DNA from: Glycera tridactyla
Taxonomy: Eukaryota
Length of the DNA: 64,000 nt
Direction: 5' to 3'
NCBI GenBank assembly: GCA_965644265.1
Contig: OZ286470.1
Span: 22,568,001 to 22,632,000 of the forward strand
Position 1 is the first letter of the stretch. Every line of letters begins with the position of its first letter. The notes beneath the pieces were generated by a model. The model did not search any database. It was not told the DNA's origin and saw only the letters and a list, made by a program, of their open reading frames with translations. A program made the translations under genes and the position numbers. Shown here one piece after another: positions 40,921 through 54,589 of the stretch.

Positions 40921-43249
40921 GGGAGTAAATCAAAATGTATCTTGGGATGAAAGTGTGCAAAGTAATGTCTTGTTAGTGCTAAAAGAGATCAACAAATGTA
41001 GAGGAAGTTCCATGGGCCACCAACCCTATCCTCAGAATCTACTTTTCTCTTGACGGTAAATTATCCAAATGTTGATAATGAAATATTAATGAATGAAAAT
41101 GAATAATATTCACATGATTCTCTTTCAGTCAGCATTGTATCATTGGAATCATTTATCAATAATAATGCCTCTCAAAAATGAAACAACGAAATTTAAGTGA
41201 TATATAGGAGAGTGAAGATTCTGATACCCATGGTGATTCTTCTGTGACAGAAATGCGGAAAGAACTGGTGTTGGAGTCCAGTCTTTTCTATTGTGATCAT
41301 TTGAAATCCAACTGGTCATGTGAGCAAGCTTTGATGCTCTTGTGTTCATTGCCCCTGCAACCCGGTCATGGCCGTAGAATCCCACAGCTGGATGACTTTC
41401 AAACATGGATCACACCAAACCCTGGCGTCCACTATGTCTAGTTATAAAACAAGTCCACATAGACTCTAATATGACAGCTTGCAAAGTATTTTCCAGGTTC
41501 ATTTGAATATTTATTGCTAGGAACCTGAACATTGCACTGTTCGGGAAGAGGAAAGTGGAGCAATTGATTGAAAAAGGAAATGATGAAATATCTCTGTAGT
41601 AGTAACAGATGTTGTTTTGAAATTCTCCTTTCATGTACCCATATCGATGAAGAGTCCTTGGCCTATATTTCCTTTTTAGCAATATTCATTGTGCTGGCCT
41701 AAACTCTTAAAACTCAGACCATTTATAAAGGAATTTCATAGTGTTTCTGTGGGCAGAACTAATTTCTGAATGTCCTTTAGAAAAGTGATGTTGTGAATCA
41801 AGAATGTTTGCAGTGTATAGGTAGATATGTACTTTGGAAAAGTAGTCATATTTCAGTTCATTTTGTCATAATTCATACCTTTAGTCAAATTTCTAATGGT
41901 GGATATTCATTATTATATGGTCCAAAAAACTCAGATGACTGCTCAAGTATGAAAAAATGGAAAATAATGAAAATTGGTTCAGATCAGTGCTCTGCAAGGG
42001 ATGAGAATCACGCTACAGATACAGAAGTGAATTAGTCTTGTACAAGAACTCAAGAGGGCGATTATTTCTTAGTCAGAGACAGAGACGTCACGTGAAAGTG
42101 AGATGACTATCCAAAAGACATGACAGCATCTGCCCTCTCAAGACAGGTTCATAAGATCTTTGATATGAGCGGCTAAGCACAGTCATTCGATAACAAAGAG
42201 CATAAAATATTGGCTTGTAGAGGTGACGGCCGGATGACGGGTTGTGTTTTGTGCGTTACTAAGGAGCTTGAAGTGTCGCCGTGGCTACTATTTCAACCAG
42301 GCAGTGATCATGTTGCCTCCCGCAAAGGTTGCTAATGACCAGTTTCAAAGATAATCTTTTTGGTTCATTCTTGGAATGTTTCCAAATTCTAAGATGGCTT
42401 CCCCAGTCTCAGGATGAGATGAGTGGCATCCTTGGCCACTAGATGGCATTGACAACCGGTTTTATGATAACTGCCCTCTTGTATCAGCTGCTCAAAAATC
42501 ATATCCCTCAGTATGGTGAACCCATCTATATTTGTTTGGGATTTAAGTTGGGTATTCTTAAATCAAATCTGAATACTGCATGGGCATGATCAAAATAATT
42601 GTGGTCAAATCAAAAACGCTCAAATCTCATTTGACCTTTCTGTTCTATTTTGGATTTTGAATCCACAAAAAGCTGTTTCAGTTTTGAATTTTTCTTAGCA
42701 AAACCAGTGGGCTCCCTATTCATCGGACGATCCATCAAGTTGGAAAAATAATTGGTGCAATGTTTGTTTTAGTCAGTTGAAAGCTAAATCTGTTTCGGAA
42801 CTTCAAATGCAGAAAATGAAATGAATATGAAATGATTTGATCGATTGTTTAAAGTTGTGGATGTGTTCGCAGGAGTAGAGTATGCAGCGAGGGAGAGAGA
42901 GAGAGTTCGCCTTTGAAATTCTGTATATGATGTCAGGTTGCATTGGTGATAACATATACAGCCAATGTCTGTCTGAATGTCATTCATAATTGATTGTGGG
43001 ACTTGTAAATTAGTAATTTTGCCAGTGATCTGACATCGAGTGTTTATCAAGGGTATGTATTTTTAACAAACCCTCATGTGGTAATACGGAGGGACCCTCT
43101 CAGAACAAAGCCATGCTGTTCACTTGAAAAAAATCTGTCTTGTTGTAGAAATTCAAGCTGAGTTCCCACTCTTTAAATTAGGTAGCTAACACCTCATGTT
43201 ATGCCGACTTTACATAAAGTGCTAAGTTGCTGGTAATTTGGTTGCATGG

Positions 43250-43480
43250 GGTGTGAAATGTCGGCAAATTGCCTGAAAACAGAATGGCTAATTTGAGAAT
43301 AGACTTGTGTGATTGGGAGATCGTTGTGTTCGAAGCCTGGCTAATTCCGGGGTCCGGTGAGTGCCAGCCCGAGTAGAAATGCTGAAATCGTATATGCTCT
43401 CGATTGCTCCTGGAAACCGCCAACGTCATTTCAACCCTTTCATATCGCCATGGACAGCATAGTCGGCCTGGATACCATTT
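43250..43480. promoter_or_regulatory. CpG-rich patch
   Basis: Dense CpGs between CpG-poor flanks. Confidence 0.45.
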
Positions 43481-44374
43481 CTCATCAATACAATTATTGG
43501 ATTTTCTCTTGTCTTTGATCAGCAAATTTGGTTAAAATATGATTCATCCATGAATATTGCGATCACTTGAAAAAGGAAATTTGAACAAAATTTGTAGATC
43601 CTGCCAAATTCTTCAGCAGAGGTTGGAATACATCTAGATTCAAACTTTGGTATGTGACCGTTACTCCCATATTTCTGATATATAAACTTACTTGCGGCAT
43701 ATTGTGTACAATATTTCATGGTTTGAGATATGATAAAAGTTCATTCATCATTTTGGCATTGAAATAAATACCAATGTTAATGGAATCATCACAGCCATCC
43801 ATTAACTGTAGGATGTACCTACTTTCAATTACCAATGGTTCTTTCTGTCAATTTCACTACTTCATCGAATTCTCATTTCTTGGGGATTTGGAATGTTTCA
43901 GTCGGATTTGAGGATCAAGTCAAGTTTGGGAAATAACTGCCATGAGGGCATTCCATCCCTGAAAAACATGCACATGGGAACTTTTGAGTGGCCTTTTTCC
44001 TGCTGAACTATGTGAAACTTGAGAAGAGCATGGTAGTGCTGAAGTTGTGTATTTGCCTTGATTTTGACCCGGGAGCTTGCTGTCATGGGTTGTCAGAGGA
44101 TAGTACCTAATTAATGTGAATTATCAGGGTTATTTCAAATAAATGATGAGCCTGACTCATTGCTCTCATACCAAAAATCAATCGAATCAGTTTCCACATG
44201 GTATGAATCTGTTTTTGTGATGTAAATTTTCAGAAAATTATTGAAATTCAGAAAGTTCAGTTTATAACCAATCACCCAACAATCAATCAATCAACCAAAC
44301 AATCAGTCAATCACATCAATCAATCAAGTCTCCATTACCGACATTTGATTGAGTGATAATCAAACAATGAAAAG

Positions 44375-44525
44375 TACTGTCAAACTCGTCTATAAGGTCA
44401 CATCAAAGGTGACCCTCACAGTCAGGTCATTTACTGTTGCAAATACTTTGACCTTTGCAGCTAAGGGTGGACTTTATGGGCAGGTGACCTTTAGAGAGGT
44501 GGTCTCATGAGCAGGTTTGACTGTA
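44375..44525. mobile_element. MITE, CAGT-TIR family, TA-flanked
   Basis: TA-CTGTCAAACTCG ... GAGCAGGTTTGACTG-TA; internal AGGTGACC/GAGGTGGTCTC repeats. Confidence 0.75.
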
Positions 44526-44589
44526 GATGCTCTAGTCTGTCCTGTTCCCACGTGAGAAATAACGAGATTTTGTGTTCATAATTTGAGAT

Positions 44590-45110
44590 ATCACAGCAGC
44601 GCCAAGTATGGAATGCACACAGGGAAGTCGGGCCTCTGGATATTGTTTGACTGTGGGGCAAGTTGGGGCTTTGCAAGTGGACATTGCTAAGTGGTGGCCG
44701 AGTCCACAGTGGACGACTGTGTGCATGCGCGTGGAGGTGTGTGCTTCTCACTGCCTATTCTGGCATCCTTGGCCGTCTCTCCATGCGCCAGATCCGGGCG
44801 AGGAATTAGGCCCAGTGCCAACATCATTTTAGCCTTGGCAAGTGTGGCTTGGAGCACGTGGACCACGCCGGCGGATTCGCAGATGGGCGGCTGTCGACTG
44901 GCATGGGTTAAGACACTTTTGTCGCCTCCGCTGTGACATCGTCTTGCTGGCCTTTCGAACCTTATTAAAACAATGCAACTTGCTAACTGCATATCGCCAT
45001 TCTTGGCAGGCGTTCGAAAGCGGTAGCGAAAGTCGGCGAGGAACACCTTATTCTCCCTCACACACATCACCTCAATCCAACTTGACAAAGTCCGAGTTTT
45101 TTTGTCGTGA
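44590..45110. promoter_or_regulatory. CpG-rich patch
   Basis: Dense CpGs; CACGTG. Confidence 0.45.
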
Positions 45111-46309
45111 TTCAAAATCACATTATACTTTTCAGAATAGAAAAGGCAGGTTTGAATGCAATGAGTGAAGTTCCCAAAATGGACATCATATATTCCAATA
45201 TCATGAAAGATGTAGGTATTTGGGGAAGGGGGGTCCTCAGCATGCCATTCTCTCCTAATCCAGTTTGTATCTGTATCACAGCAACTCGTGATATTAAAGG
45301 AATATTCAGGGAGAACCCTTTATTAGATGACAAGACCTCACAACTCTACCCTCAGATCCCTGTTTATGCTGTAGCAAAACACACCGCCACTCATATCTTG
45401 GTGCTTTAGCAAAATATTTGGTAGCAACTTTTGCTAAGTTTATGACTAAATCTTTAGTCAAAGATCAGAATGACAAATTTATCAGATGTTCTCTGATTTG
45501 ACACATTTGAAATCTGTATACAAACCGTGATTTTGGAGCAAAGAAGTATCAAAAGCATCCTCAAAATTCTTGATTTCTGATGTATGAGGATGCAATGAGT
45601 GGATGAGAATGATGAAAGGGAAGCATGGCCGACAAATTTCTTTGAGCAAGTTTGACTAGAAATTATCTACATCATGGGATTTCTCAGTGTTTCAGGATTT
45701 CTCTTAATTATGGGAAAATTCCTGTGATGGTCATGATATTGGTTTGACTTCATGGCGTATATGACAGAAAGGTTTCAAGATGTAACGATTCGAGACGTAA
45801 ATTACGGATGTCTTTGATTGTGGCGTTATTAGGAAATGCTCATTGCCACAACTACAACATTGTCGATATCAGTGACGTCCAAGATGGCGAATAAAAATAT
45901 ATTGCTTGTTCATTATCCTCAAATGCAGCCAATTAAATCATTAGAGTTTTTTTCTAAATAAATAGACATAAGGCCATTAGTTGTAATTTGAGGCTGATAC
46001 ATACAGACTTCTTAGAGGGATGGGGGTTGGTTGGCAGGTAGATGAGTGGGTGGGTGTGTAATGGGGGGGGGGGGGGGGGGGCTTGAATATATACATTAAC
46101 CATTCACTAGCTGCCTTCTTAGCACTCTAACCATGGAATACCTTTTCTATCATAAACCCATGAATTATTCATAATAGTTATCAGTTATCAGTAGTGGATT
46201 GAAATACTTTTGGATCATGCGCTTCAATGAATATCAGATTGATTCTACTCAATTAGCAGAATTTGTGAATGAAGAAAAGGGTTGTTTAGCTTAAGGATTG
46301 ATGGAGAAT

Positions 46310-46540
46310 AGGAGTCGATGTTCGAGGGGTTAATGGCATAGGGTGCTCAGCAAAGATGGTGTCGGCGCCAAGTCAGCACATGGAGACAAACGCTGGCTAA
46401 TGCTGGAGCCGCTTCAAAGCACATCACAAGTTGTGCGCCGTCTTAGATGTGGCCCCGCGCTTTGAAGCCGCGCGGAGGTGTCGGACCCACGTGTCATGCA
46501 ATGAACACTGTTTGACACCCGACTTTACTCTCGCCCCACC
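46310..46540. promoter_or_regulatory. CpG-rich patch
   Basis: Very dense CpGs; CACGTG; poly-G tracts on both sides (~46063, ~46811). Confidence 0.45.
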
Positions 46541-47849
46541 AAATCAAAAATTAAAACTATACTCTCTCAATCAATTTCATTGGTAATTCATTATAAAATC
46601 CCGCCTCCATTGTCCATATGATGCTTTGTCAGTTCCAAAAGTAGGTGATGTCCACTTGTGAATTAAAATATTGGTCAGTGATTGATTGAGCTGGATTACA
46701 TCAAGGGAATATTTTGAGTCATGAAGTTCAGATATCAGTAAATTGGGATTGATGTTGATTTCAGATTTGTGATAGAGAATTGGCGTCCAATGAAATTGTG
46801 CACAATATAGGAGGGGGGGTGGGGGGGGGGGGGGGCGGCGGAGGAAACCCCACCAGTTTCAGTATTCTGGATTTGACACATCTTGGATTGTCATCACAAT
46901 CTTAGCTCCTTCAATATTCATCACTTTGTGTAGCTGAAAATCATCCAGATTTTCGCTTATGTTCATTTTCTTAATGTCGTGGATGATACTTGGTGCTGAG
47001 AGTCTCTAATGTGTGGGCATTTCTCCAGGAGTTAATGTGTCATTGGGTGGCAGGCAAAGGGTTAGGTTGATCATGCAAGGAAGCAGGCACTAGTAGGCAA
47101 GGCGTAGACATGGAAGCAGCTGTAAAGGAGGTGTGAATACCAACAATGACCTCTAATGCAGAACAAATGTCACCTTTGAGGAAACCTGCTACGCCTTCAA
47201 AATCTTGCAAAGGGCCACACACCCCGCAGGGGGAGAGGAGAGATGGAAACCGATATGGGTATTTATAGAGAAATAAGCTATCCGATGGCCGCGGCCACTC
47301 ACTGATCATCGCCCGCCACTTGTACAGGTACGATGATAAAATCTTAACGACAGGTGAACCACTCGGGCTTTTCACACCTGTACATGACATTGTATCCCAT
47401 GTGTCTCATAAATTCTTTTTTCGAAGACTGGATAATACTGTGTCCAATCCATATTGCAGTCCCTTTAAGGTTCTGTCTCAATTGAAACAAACCTCCGAGA
47501 GAAGACTGCTCCCATGACAATATCTTGTCCATTTCGAAATTGTTCCAATTTTCGTTGTAGAGAATAGTCCAATTTCAATATGCTGAACATTAGCCTCGCA
47601 TGCAGACCATGATCATCATATTTAAGCACTGTTTTTTCTTCTTTTTCATCACTAGTAAATTCAACACATTCTCCCATAATGAGGAAATGATATATACTCA
47701 CTCTAAATTCTTTGATATAATTCAAAATTCAGTTACCTCATTGATGGAGAAGCATTCTGCCGTTCATAAAAAGTAGAAAATGGTGTGGGAAAATTCCATT
47801 GAAGTATATTTTACGACCTAATTTATGCATGATGACATAGTCAATAGGA

Positions 47850-48320
47850 ATTGGGACATCGCTTTTGATTTGCGTTGATTGCGTAGCATTTTCTGGCAAC
47901 CCACTGCTATGATTGAGAGCAGGCATCTCCGGGAGTACACAAGTGTTAAGAACATGTTTCAAGGTGTCGACAATAAATCAGCGTTCCTCATGAAGATACA
48001 TTGAGATACATTACGCTTGTCAGTACGCCGTATTCCGCGCCAGCGAGCGCGATCTCAGCAGAGAACAGAACACAGTGATTATTCTCATTTCTTAGCGGCA
48101 TGTGCAATGAAGCAATAACGACCATGTTGCTAGTACAGTTGCTTGTTCTACTCTACATCAGCATTTCCTCGCCTTTGTTCATGTCTTTTTCTCGCTGCAT
48201 GCCTGAATTAACGACCGTGATATCGTCCTTAGAAGCTTATACATATCCAGAGGTAGGCTAGCACCATCATCTTGATGAAAAATTGTCGAGAATTACGCTA
48301 AAGCAGCTGACTCGTGTTTA
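47850..48320. promoter_or_regulatory. CpG-rich patch
   Basis: Dense CpGs (e.g. CCGCGCCAGCGAGCGCGA). Confidence 0.45.
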
Positions 48321-48546
48321 CCCTTATTTATGGTTTAGATTTATTTCAGCTGAGAGCATTACAGGAATTCCCAAAAAAATGTTGGTATTGTTAATTTCAC
48401 TCAAGAAGTATGCCTATTCCTCACAAGAAATTCCCCATCATCACTAGATCAACATATCTACAAAGATTTTCATGAGAAAATGACCATTTTCCATACATTG
48501 GTGTTCAGTTGCCTCTCGTCCACATTTTCTCAGATGTGTCCTTGAG

Positions 48547-48822
48547 TATCCAACCGAAATGTTTACTTTTCCTTAAACAAACTGAACTTCAGTAGGGATT
48601 TCATACCTTAGATGTATCCAACCGAAAATGTTTACTTTTCCTCAACAAACTGAACTTCAGTAGGGATTTCATACTTTGGAGGTATCCAACCGAAAATGTT
48701 TACTTTTCCTTAACAAACTGAACTTCAGTGAGGATTTCATACTTTGGATGTATCCAACCGAAAATGTTTACGTTTCCTTAACAAACTGAACTTCAGTAGG
48801 GATTTCATACTTTGGATGTATC
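48547..48822. repeat. 68-bp minisatellite, 4 copies
   Basis: TATCCAACCGAAA(A)TGTTTAC...GGATTTCATAC units start at 48547, 48615, 48683 and 48751, with few substitutions. Confidence 0.95.
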
Positions 48823-49022
48823 ATGATAGAGGTTTGGTCTGGAGGATTGGGCTTTAGCCTGAAGCACCTCCTATGTTAGATAGTTGTAAAAGATTTGAGT
48901 GCTAGTAATATTCCATCGCCTAGCATTATGAGGTGGAGTTCGAACCTGTGTTAAATGCCTGATGACCAACATGAGTCCTGGAGGAAGCAGATTCAAGTCA
49001 AAGAAGTTTTTGTGGTTTTCAA

Positions 49023-49196
49023 TCACAAGAAAACTTCGTCATCAAGATTGAAACTATGTGGAGGTTCAAAATTTATCAGTTGATTTATAACTTTGGATTT
49101 CTAGTGGTTTGAGGTTTTTAGTCACAAGGAAACTTTATCTTCAAGATTGAACTATATGGAGGTTCAAAAATTTTCGGTTTATTTGTATCTTTGGCT
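49023..49196. repeat. Diverged ~99-bp tandem duplication
   Basis: TCACAAG(A/G)AAACTT...CAAGATTGAA(A)CTAT(G/A)TGGAGGTTCAAAA occurs twice. Confidence 0.8.
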
Positions 49197-49499
49197 GCCT
49201 CAAATTCTCAAATTTATTTGACAAATCTGTTCCATGGATTTTAAAGATCAACATGTATGTGCAATAAAATGAAAATCTAAAATCTGTGGGGAAGTTATTG
49301 ATGAGTTGAGAAGCTTTTGATGGAACTCTTGAGTGGAGATGATTTTGCTGGCAGCGCTTCTCACTGACAAGACTAAATTACATGAACTTTACCTATTCAA
49401 GTGATTATTATTAGATGAAAAAAAGATCTAAAACAAACATTATCTTTACTAACTAGTTAACTGATTTAAGTGCAGTGATGCAATAACAATTTAAGATTA

Positions 49500-50130
49500 G
49501 ATGCCACACGACACACGTCTTTCATGAGGCGGTGACGACGCAGAGATGAGGAGGGTGCGTGGCATAGCGCCGCCGTCGCTGACGCTCTGATGACGCTTAG
49601 ATCTGATGCCAGTGATCGGGCGCGTTAACCACTCTACCCCAACATTGAATGTCCTCCTCACACTCATCCAATCAAGCCATAGTTCGAAGCAGGAGCTGTG
49701 ACAAGCTGATATATAAAGCATCACATTTAAAGAATGGTTTGGTATCTGAATGAATTTATTGAAATTTACAATATTGATATGAGATTTGTATGGATTTTTA
49801 TTTGGAGTTATATTGGGGGAGTTATAAATGTTGTATTAAAGGAGTTAATTGGATAGGGCTGGGCCAGAAGGGGGGATGGTGGGGGGAGGTCGTTTGGGGT
49901 GGGGAGCCTTGTATTTGGCAGTGAGTGCATCGCCAAGGAAATGAACGCACCCTTCGCGCAGGAAGTGACAAGAAAGACACGTCGCGGTGTCAGAGCCAAC
50001 CACTCCGCACCGCATGAAAGCAAATTGAGTGCCCATGGACAAAAGGCACACCCTTCTTCCACGTTCGTCATACTCAAATTGGGTGAACGAATGTCGGCCT
50101 AGGCTGCTGAATGGTGCCTGACCACCGATC
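49500..50130. promoter_or_regulatory. Bipartite CpG-rich patch (49500-49700 and 49890-50130)
   Basis: Two dense CpG blocks split by an AT-rich ~190-bp gap; CAGGAAGTG ETS-like core. Confidence 0.45.
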
Positions 50131-50360
50131 ACTAAAAGTACAAGGTGAACTTTCAAGCTCACCAAACATGCATCTTTAACTATATCCATGTGATGTATTA
50201 TCCATCACTTTCCTGTAGCTATCTTTCAATTTTTTAGGACAAAGAAAAATCATTGTTAACTTTCTCTGCATAAAAGATATGGATGATTACTGGCTTAGAA
50301 GAAATATGTATAATTTGTACTCATTATAGCAATTGGGAAGGGGCGAAGATTCAAATTTTG

Positions 50361-50407
50361 GGAGGTGGTCTCTCGTCAGGGAATTTTTCGTTGCAGGTTT
50401 CACTGTA
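50361..50407. mobile_element. Right-end fragment of the CAGT-TIR MITE family
   Basis: GGAGGTGGTCTCTCG ... GCAGGTTTCACTGTA. Confidence 0.65.
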
Positions 50408-50909
50408 AAGGTTTAGGTACAAGTTATTGCAGCAAATTTCTTGGATGCTAGGGTTGATTTTACTGCATGTGTGTGAATCAAATTTCTTCCAAGAGAAGTA
50501 TTTTCTGATGTTGGCACAGCAAATGTCAGGAGAATGATGGACTGTAGCCATTCATTAATAAATTGGAAGATCAACAGATATACTGCGATTCAAGAGATTA
50601 CCGCAATCAAGTGTAGAGTGCAAAACTCTGGTGGTTGCATCCGCAGAAAAATGACGTACTCTGATGATACTGGGCAAGAGTAACTGATGAAATGAGAGAG
50701 TTTTTATTGAGACTCAGCTCAAGAAGTTATTCCTGGTGAAAGGAAACTGTGATGGTAGTTTCGGGAAGTTTGAATTTTGTCCGGGCAATCTATACTACAC
50801 GAAAGAAGGCATGTATTCGGGGGAGAGTTCCTGTATTTCGGCTTCTTAATTAGGGTGCTGTTCATGGAAACTTAGTTTGTATGTGGTTACAAAATGGTTA
50901 ATGGGTTAA

Positions 50910-51250
50910 TTGTGTGCCGGTGGGCTGATGGTTCGGAGATAACGATACACACCCAGACAGGCCAAAGTGGGCTGTCTGTTCATGTCAGCAAGAACCGCGA
51001 TGCCGTGATTTGATCGATCAGTTCCAGAGTGGGCAAGCACGAGGATGTTCGTGGCGGAAGGGTTAACACGGCGATCGGGCGCTGATAAATGAAAGCCAAG
51101 GGCGGATCTGACACCGCGCCACAAATTGAGTTGCCCCCGAATGTGAAAAATCAAAATTCCACCGTTTAGCGACTAAACTAAATTTCCAGGAGGCGAATGA
51201 GCAAGACATCAGCTTGGTCGTGAAGCACTTTCCTTGCTGCCCGCTTGACC
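50910..51250. promoter_or_regulatory. CpG-rich patch
   Basis: Dense CpGs. Confidence 0.45.
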
Positions 51251-51451
51251 TCTGTGTCTTGACTTTAAAAGATTTAGTCACAACTATTTTCCTTCTAAGG
51301 AATCTCATGCTCATTTCATTCATACAGCATCTGTAGATGCTATGGCTCATCTTGATTGTACTGCATTCTAGTAAATACAATAAATTGCCAAAGGAAAGAA
51401 TAATTAATGTATGCGATCTTCTCAACATATTGAGATGTTAAGTTGAACATG

Positions 51452-51668
51452 CAGGGTTGGCTCCGAGGTATGGCTGAAGCGAGACATTTGTCCAGCCATT
51501 ATTCCAAATGTGAGACAATTGGTACACAAATATGAAACAAAATGTTACAAGAGTTTCTTCTGGTGTGGGACTGAAGTGAGAGATTTGTCTCACCACTTTT
51601 CAAAATGTGAGACATTACACGCAAATGCGAGACAAATGTCTTGCAATCTCCCCTGATATCCAACACTT
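51452..51668. mobile_element. Probable hAT-type MITE (copy 2)
   Basis: Starts CAGGGTTGG and ends CCAACACTT (degenerate reverse complement); colinear with 16228-16435. No clean 8-bp TSD seen. Confidence 0.7.
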
Positions 51669-52635
51669 AACATGTCTACAAAGAAAACTCATGCTGGAAT
51701 CAGAAAGTGGTCTTTCTGGACAGGTGGCCTTCACAGGCAGGTCGGTCACTGTGAGAAATGCCATCACGGTCACCACTCACGGCAGCCTTTGTATACATGA
51801 AGAGGTGGCCTCATGGTTCTTGAAGATGATTTGGGGTAGATTCGAGACATGGCTGGCAGCGATGTCAGAATATCGGGCCTCTGCCCATTTCTCATCAGTA
51901 CACAGGAGGTGAAGCAATTTCACATGGACATAAATTGTTGGACCAACATTATTGGCGACACATCATTAGTGAAATATTTGCTATTGAGCCTCGGGGTGAG
52001 AGCCTGGCGAGAAATCCACAGGATTGGGCTCAAATTAGCCATGAGAAGGAGGAGGTGAACTTGAGAGCTTGCTAAATAGGAATCAGTGCAGACACAATAG
52101 ATCACTCAATGGATGCTTCACTTGCCACTGCTCACAAATCCAAAATTATCCCTTCGATACACCAGGTTTTTATCTCAGTACATATGTTTGATGAGTTAAC
52201 ATGTAGAATTGTTGTGAATAATTTTTTTCTGATGCTGATATTCACTCTGCATGTAAATTGAATCAAGAAATAATGGTCTCCATGGCAACTGGTTCACATA
52301 AAAGTTTGAATGGTAAAATGGGTTATGTTATAAGTGTGTAAAAGGGGAGGGGGTGGAAGCGGGAGGAGGGGGGGGGGGGGGGGTGCCAAATTGACATTCA
52401 GTCTTTTCTCCTATGAGAGTGATATGAGAATGGCCCGAGATCTGTATAGATATGACAATGATGGAGATCTGGAATATATTCTATTGAGTAGGATTATTAT
52501 GGGTTTATCACAGGGAATCAGGATATCCTTGTACTGATTTCACTGAGTGGAATTTTGGAGCTACTCTCACACAGGAGGATACATTCTTGTTTCTCATACA
52601 AATTTTCAACCCAAAACAAAGGTTGACGCAGGAAC

Positions 52636-52814
52636 TATAGTGGAACCTACAATGAGAGACTGTTCTGGATGTCTCCAAAATGTGGTCGCTCAAAAGAGGT
52701 GGTCTCTCGTTGGAGGCGTATTTGGCTGTGTCGAATAGAAAAGGTGCCCTGTAAAAGTGCTCTCCTGTTGGAGGTGGTCTCTCGCCGGGGTCCCTCTTCG
52801 CAGCTTTCACTGTA
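52636..52814. mobile_element. MITE, CAGT-TIR family (similar to 9885-10066, internal motifs in reverse orientation)
   Basis: TA-TAGTGGAACCT ... CAGCTTTCACTG-TA; two GAGGTGGTCTCTCG repeats. Confidence 0.75.
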
Positions 52815-53069
52815 CTTTCTGATCAATTGCAGAACTGATCAATCAGGAACTTTCATTTGAAATTTGCCACATGATGTGACTCCCATGTTTACATTTGAGT
52901 TCATCATTCACTATAGCCATGGTATACATTTGTATTCGGTCATTCCCATTCTGTAATTTCGCATCTTTTGACTGAGTGAGAATGAATGTTCAGTTTGAGA
53001 TTCATCAAGGGTGTATTTTAGATGGATTACATTGATGTGGTGGAGACATTTTATAGACCTGAAGATACC

Positions 53070-53500
53070 GAGATAGCGGATAGTTCTCGTCACAAATGGC
53101 TATCATTTGGTCGTGGTGACTCGGGCACAAAGGTTAAAGTCAAGGTCATACTGCAGCTTCTTGTGAGCAGCCACCGAGTAACGTCGCTAGTTTACGTATA
53201 TTCATATTTTCTGATTGACAATTCGGCGGTTTGATTAAATCTGCATTATGTTGGCTAGCGAATTTGATGATCGTTTCTCCTTTCTGCTCGAGCATTCAGC
53301 GTTGGAGAATACACACGGGATAGCGTCCCCACTCCGTCCTCTCGTATAATCAACTCTGGCTGCTCCACTCCCCCACCCTTAACATCGCCTATTTCTCGAA
53401 ATTACGCTTATCCATAGAGCATTGGGCCTCACTGAAGTACCCCTGAAAGAAAGTAATAATACGGAATATCTTCTCATCTTAGCCGTCATTGCGATGCTGG
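53070..53500. promoter_or_regulatory. CpG-rich patch
   Basis: Dense CpGs; TGATTAAAT motif. Confidence 0.45.
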
Positions 53501-53699
53501 GATAAACGGGCTGTGGATTTGTTGGGAAGGAATCCAACCTTTTTCATGTTGGGTGAATGGTGTATTTAGGAAAGCTGAGTTGATGATGTGTCAGGTGAAC
53601 ATGTAGAAGGTTGAGTAGCAGATGGTTGCTCCCGTCCCCGTTCATCTCAGGTGAACTGTCAACTTGACCAGCCTGAACACACAAATGATCACTGGTTCT

Positions 53700-54075
53700 C
53701 TCCCCCCCCCCCTCCCTCCCTCCCTCTTTCTCTCTCTCCCTTTCTCTCCCTGGTGTCTTTCATGCCCTCTCACTTATTTTGTTTGTCTGTCNNNNNNNNN
53801 NNNNNNNNNNNNNNNNNNNNNNNNNNNNNNNNNNNNNNNNNNNNNNNNNNNNNNNNNNNNNNNNNNNNNNNNNNNNNNNNNNNNNNNNNNNNNNNNNNNN
53901 NNNNNNNNNNNNNNNNNNNNNNNNNNNNNNNNNNNNNNNNNNNNNNNNNNNNNNNNNNNNNNNNNNNNNNNNNNNNNNNCCATCCATCTGTCTTGCATCC
54001 GCCCATCTCTGTCTTCCATGCACTTTCAGTCTGTCTGTCTGTACTTCTCGCCATCTCTCCTTTTCACTCCCTTTC
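53700..54075. repeat. CT-rich/(GTCT)/(CCAT) low-complexity region with N-run 53792-53979
   Basis: Visible. Confidence 0.85.
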
Positions 54076-54589
54076 TTTCTATTTTTCCTTCTCCCTCTGT
54101 GAAATATATGCCAGAATTACCGAATTATCTATTTGGGATCCATATAGATTTGAGTTATTCTTCTGGATGAATCAGATTGCCATCCAGATATTATGATCCT
54201 GCTGGCTGTCAACTTGTTGTACGTTTAGGTTCATACAAGTCCACAGCTCAGGCAGTTAGAGTATTGATTCTACCAGCTGTCAATAAGATCTACCTGCCTC
54301 GAACAAGACTGGGCAGTCTACTTGCACCCGGAACAAGAAAACAAACAAGATCAGTGACTCATCCTCCTATTTGATCTTACCCCAGCACAGGCTGTACTAT
54401 TTGCACTGGAGCTTGGTGAGCTAGAGGTAATGTTGTATTTGTGACATGAAATTGTTTTTGAGTGCAGAAGGGTGATATATAGCAAACTAGAAGGATGGTA
54501 GACTTCCATATATTTGTTGAGGATGGGTTGGTTACATGGAATGTTGAAATAGTGAAATGTTGATTGTTCTATTCAGTTTATAGATGGGC

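Noticed and set aside
7249-53979. The seven N-runs as biological features
   Set aside because: Their variable lengths and frequent simple-repeat flanks suggest masking or assembly gaps; their content is unknown.
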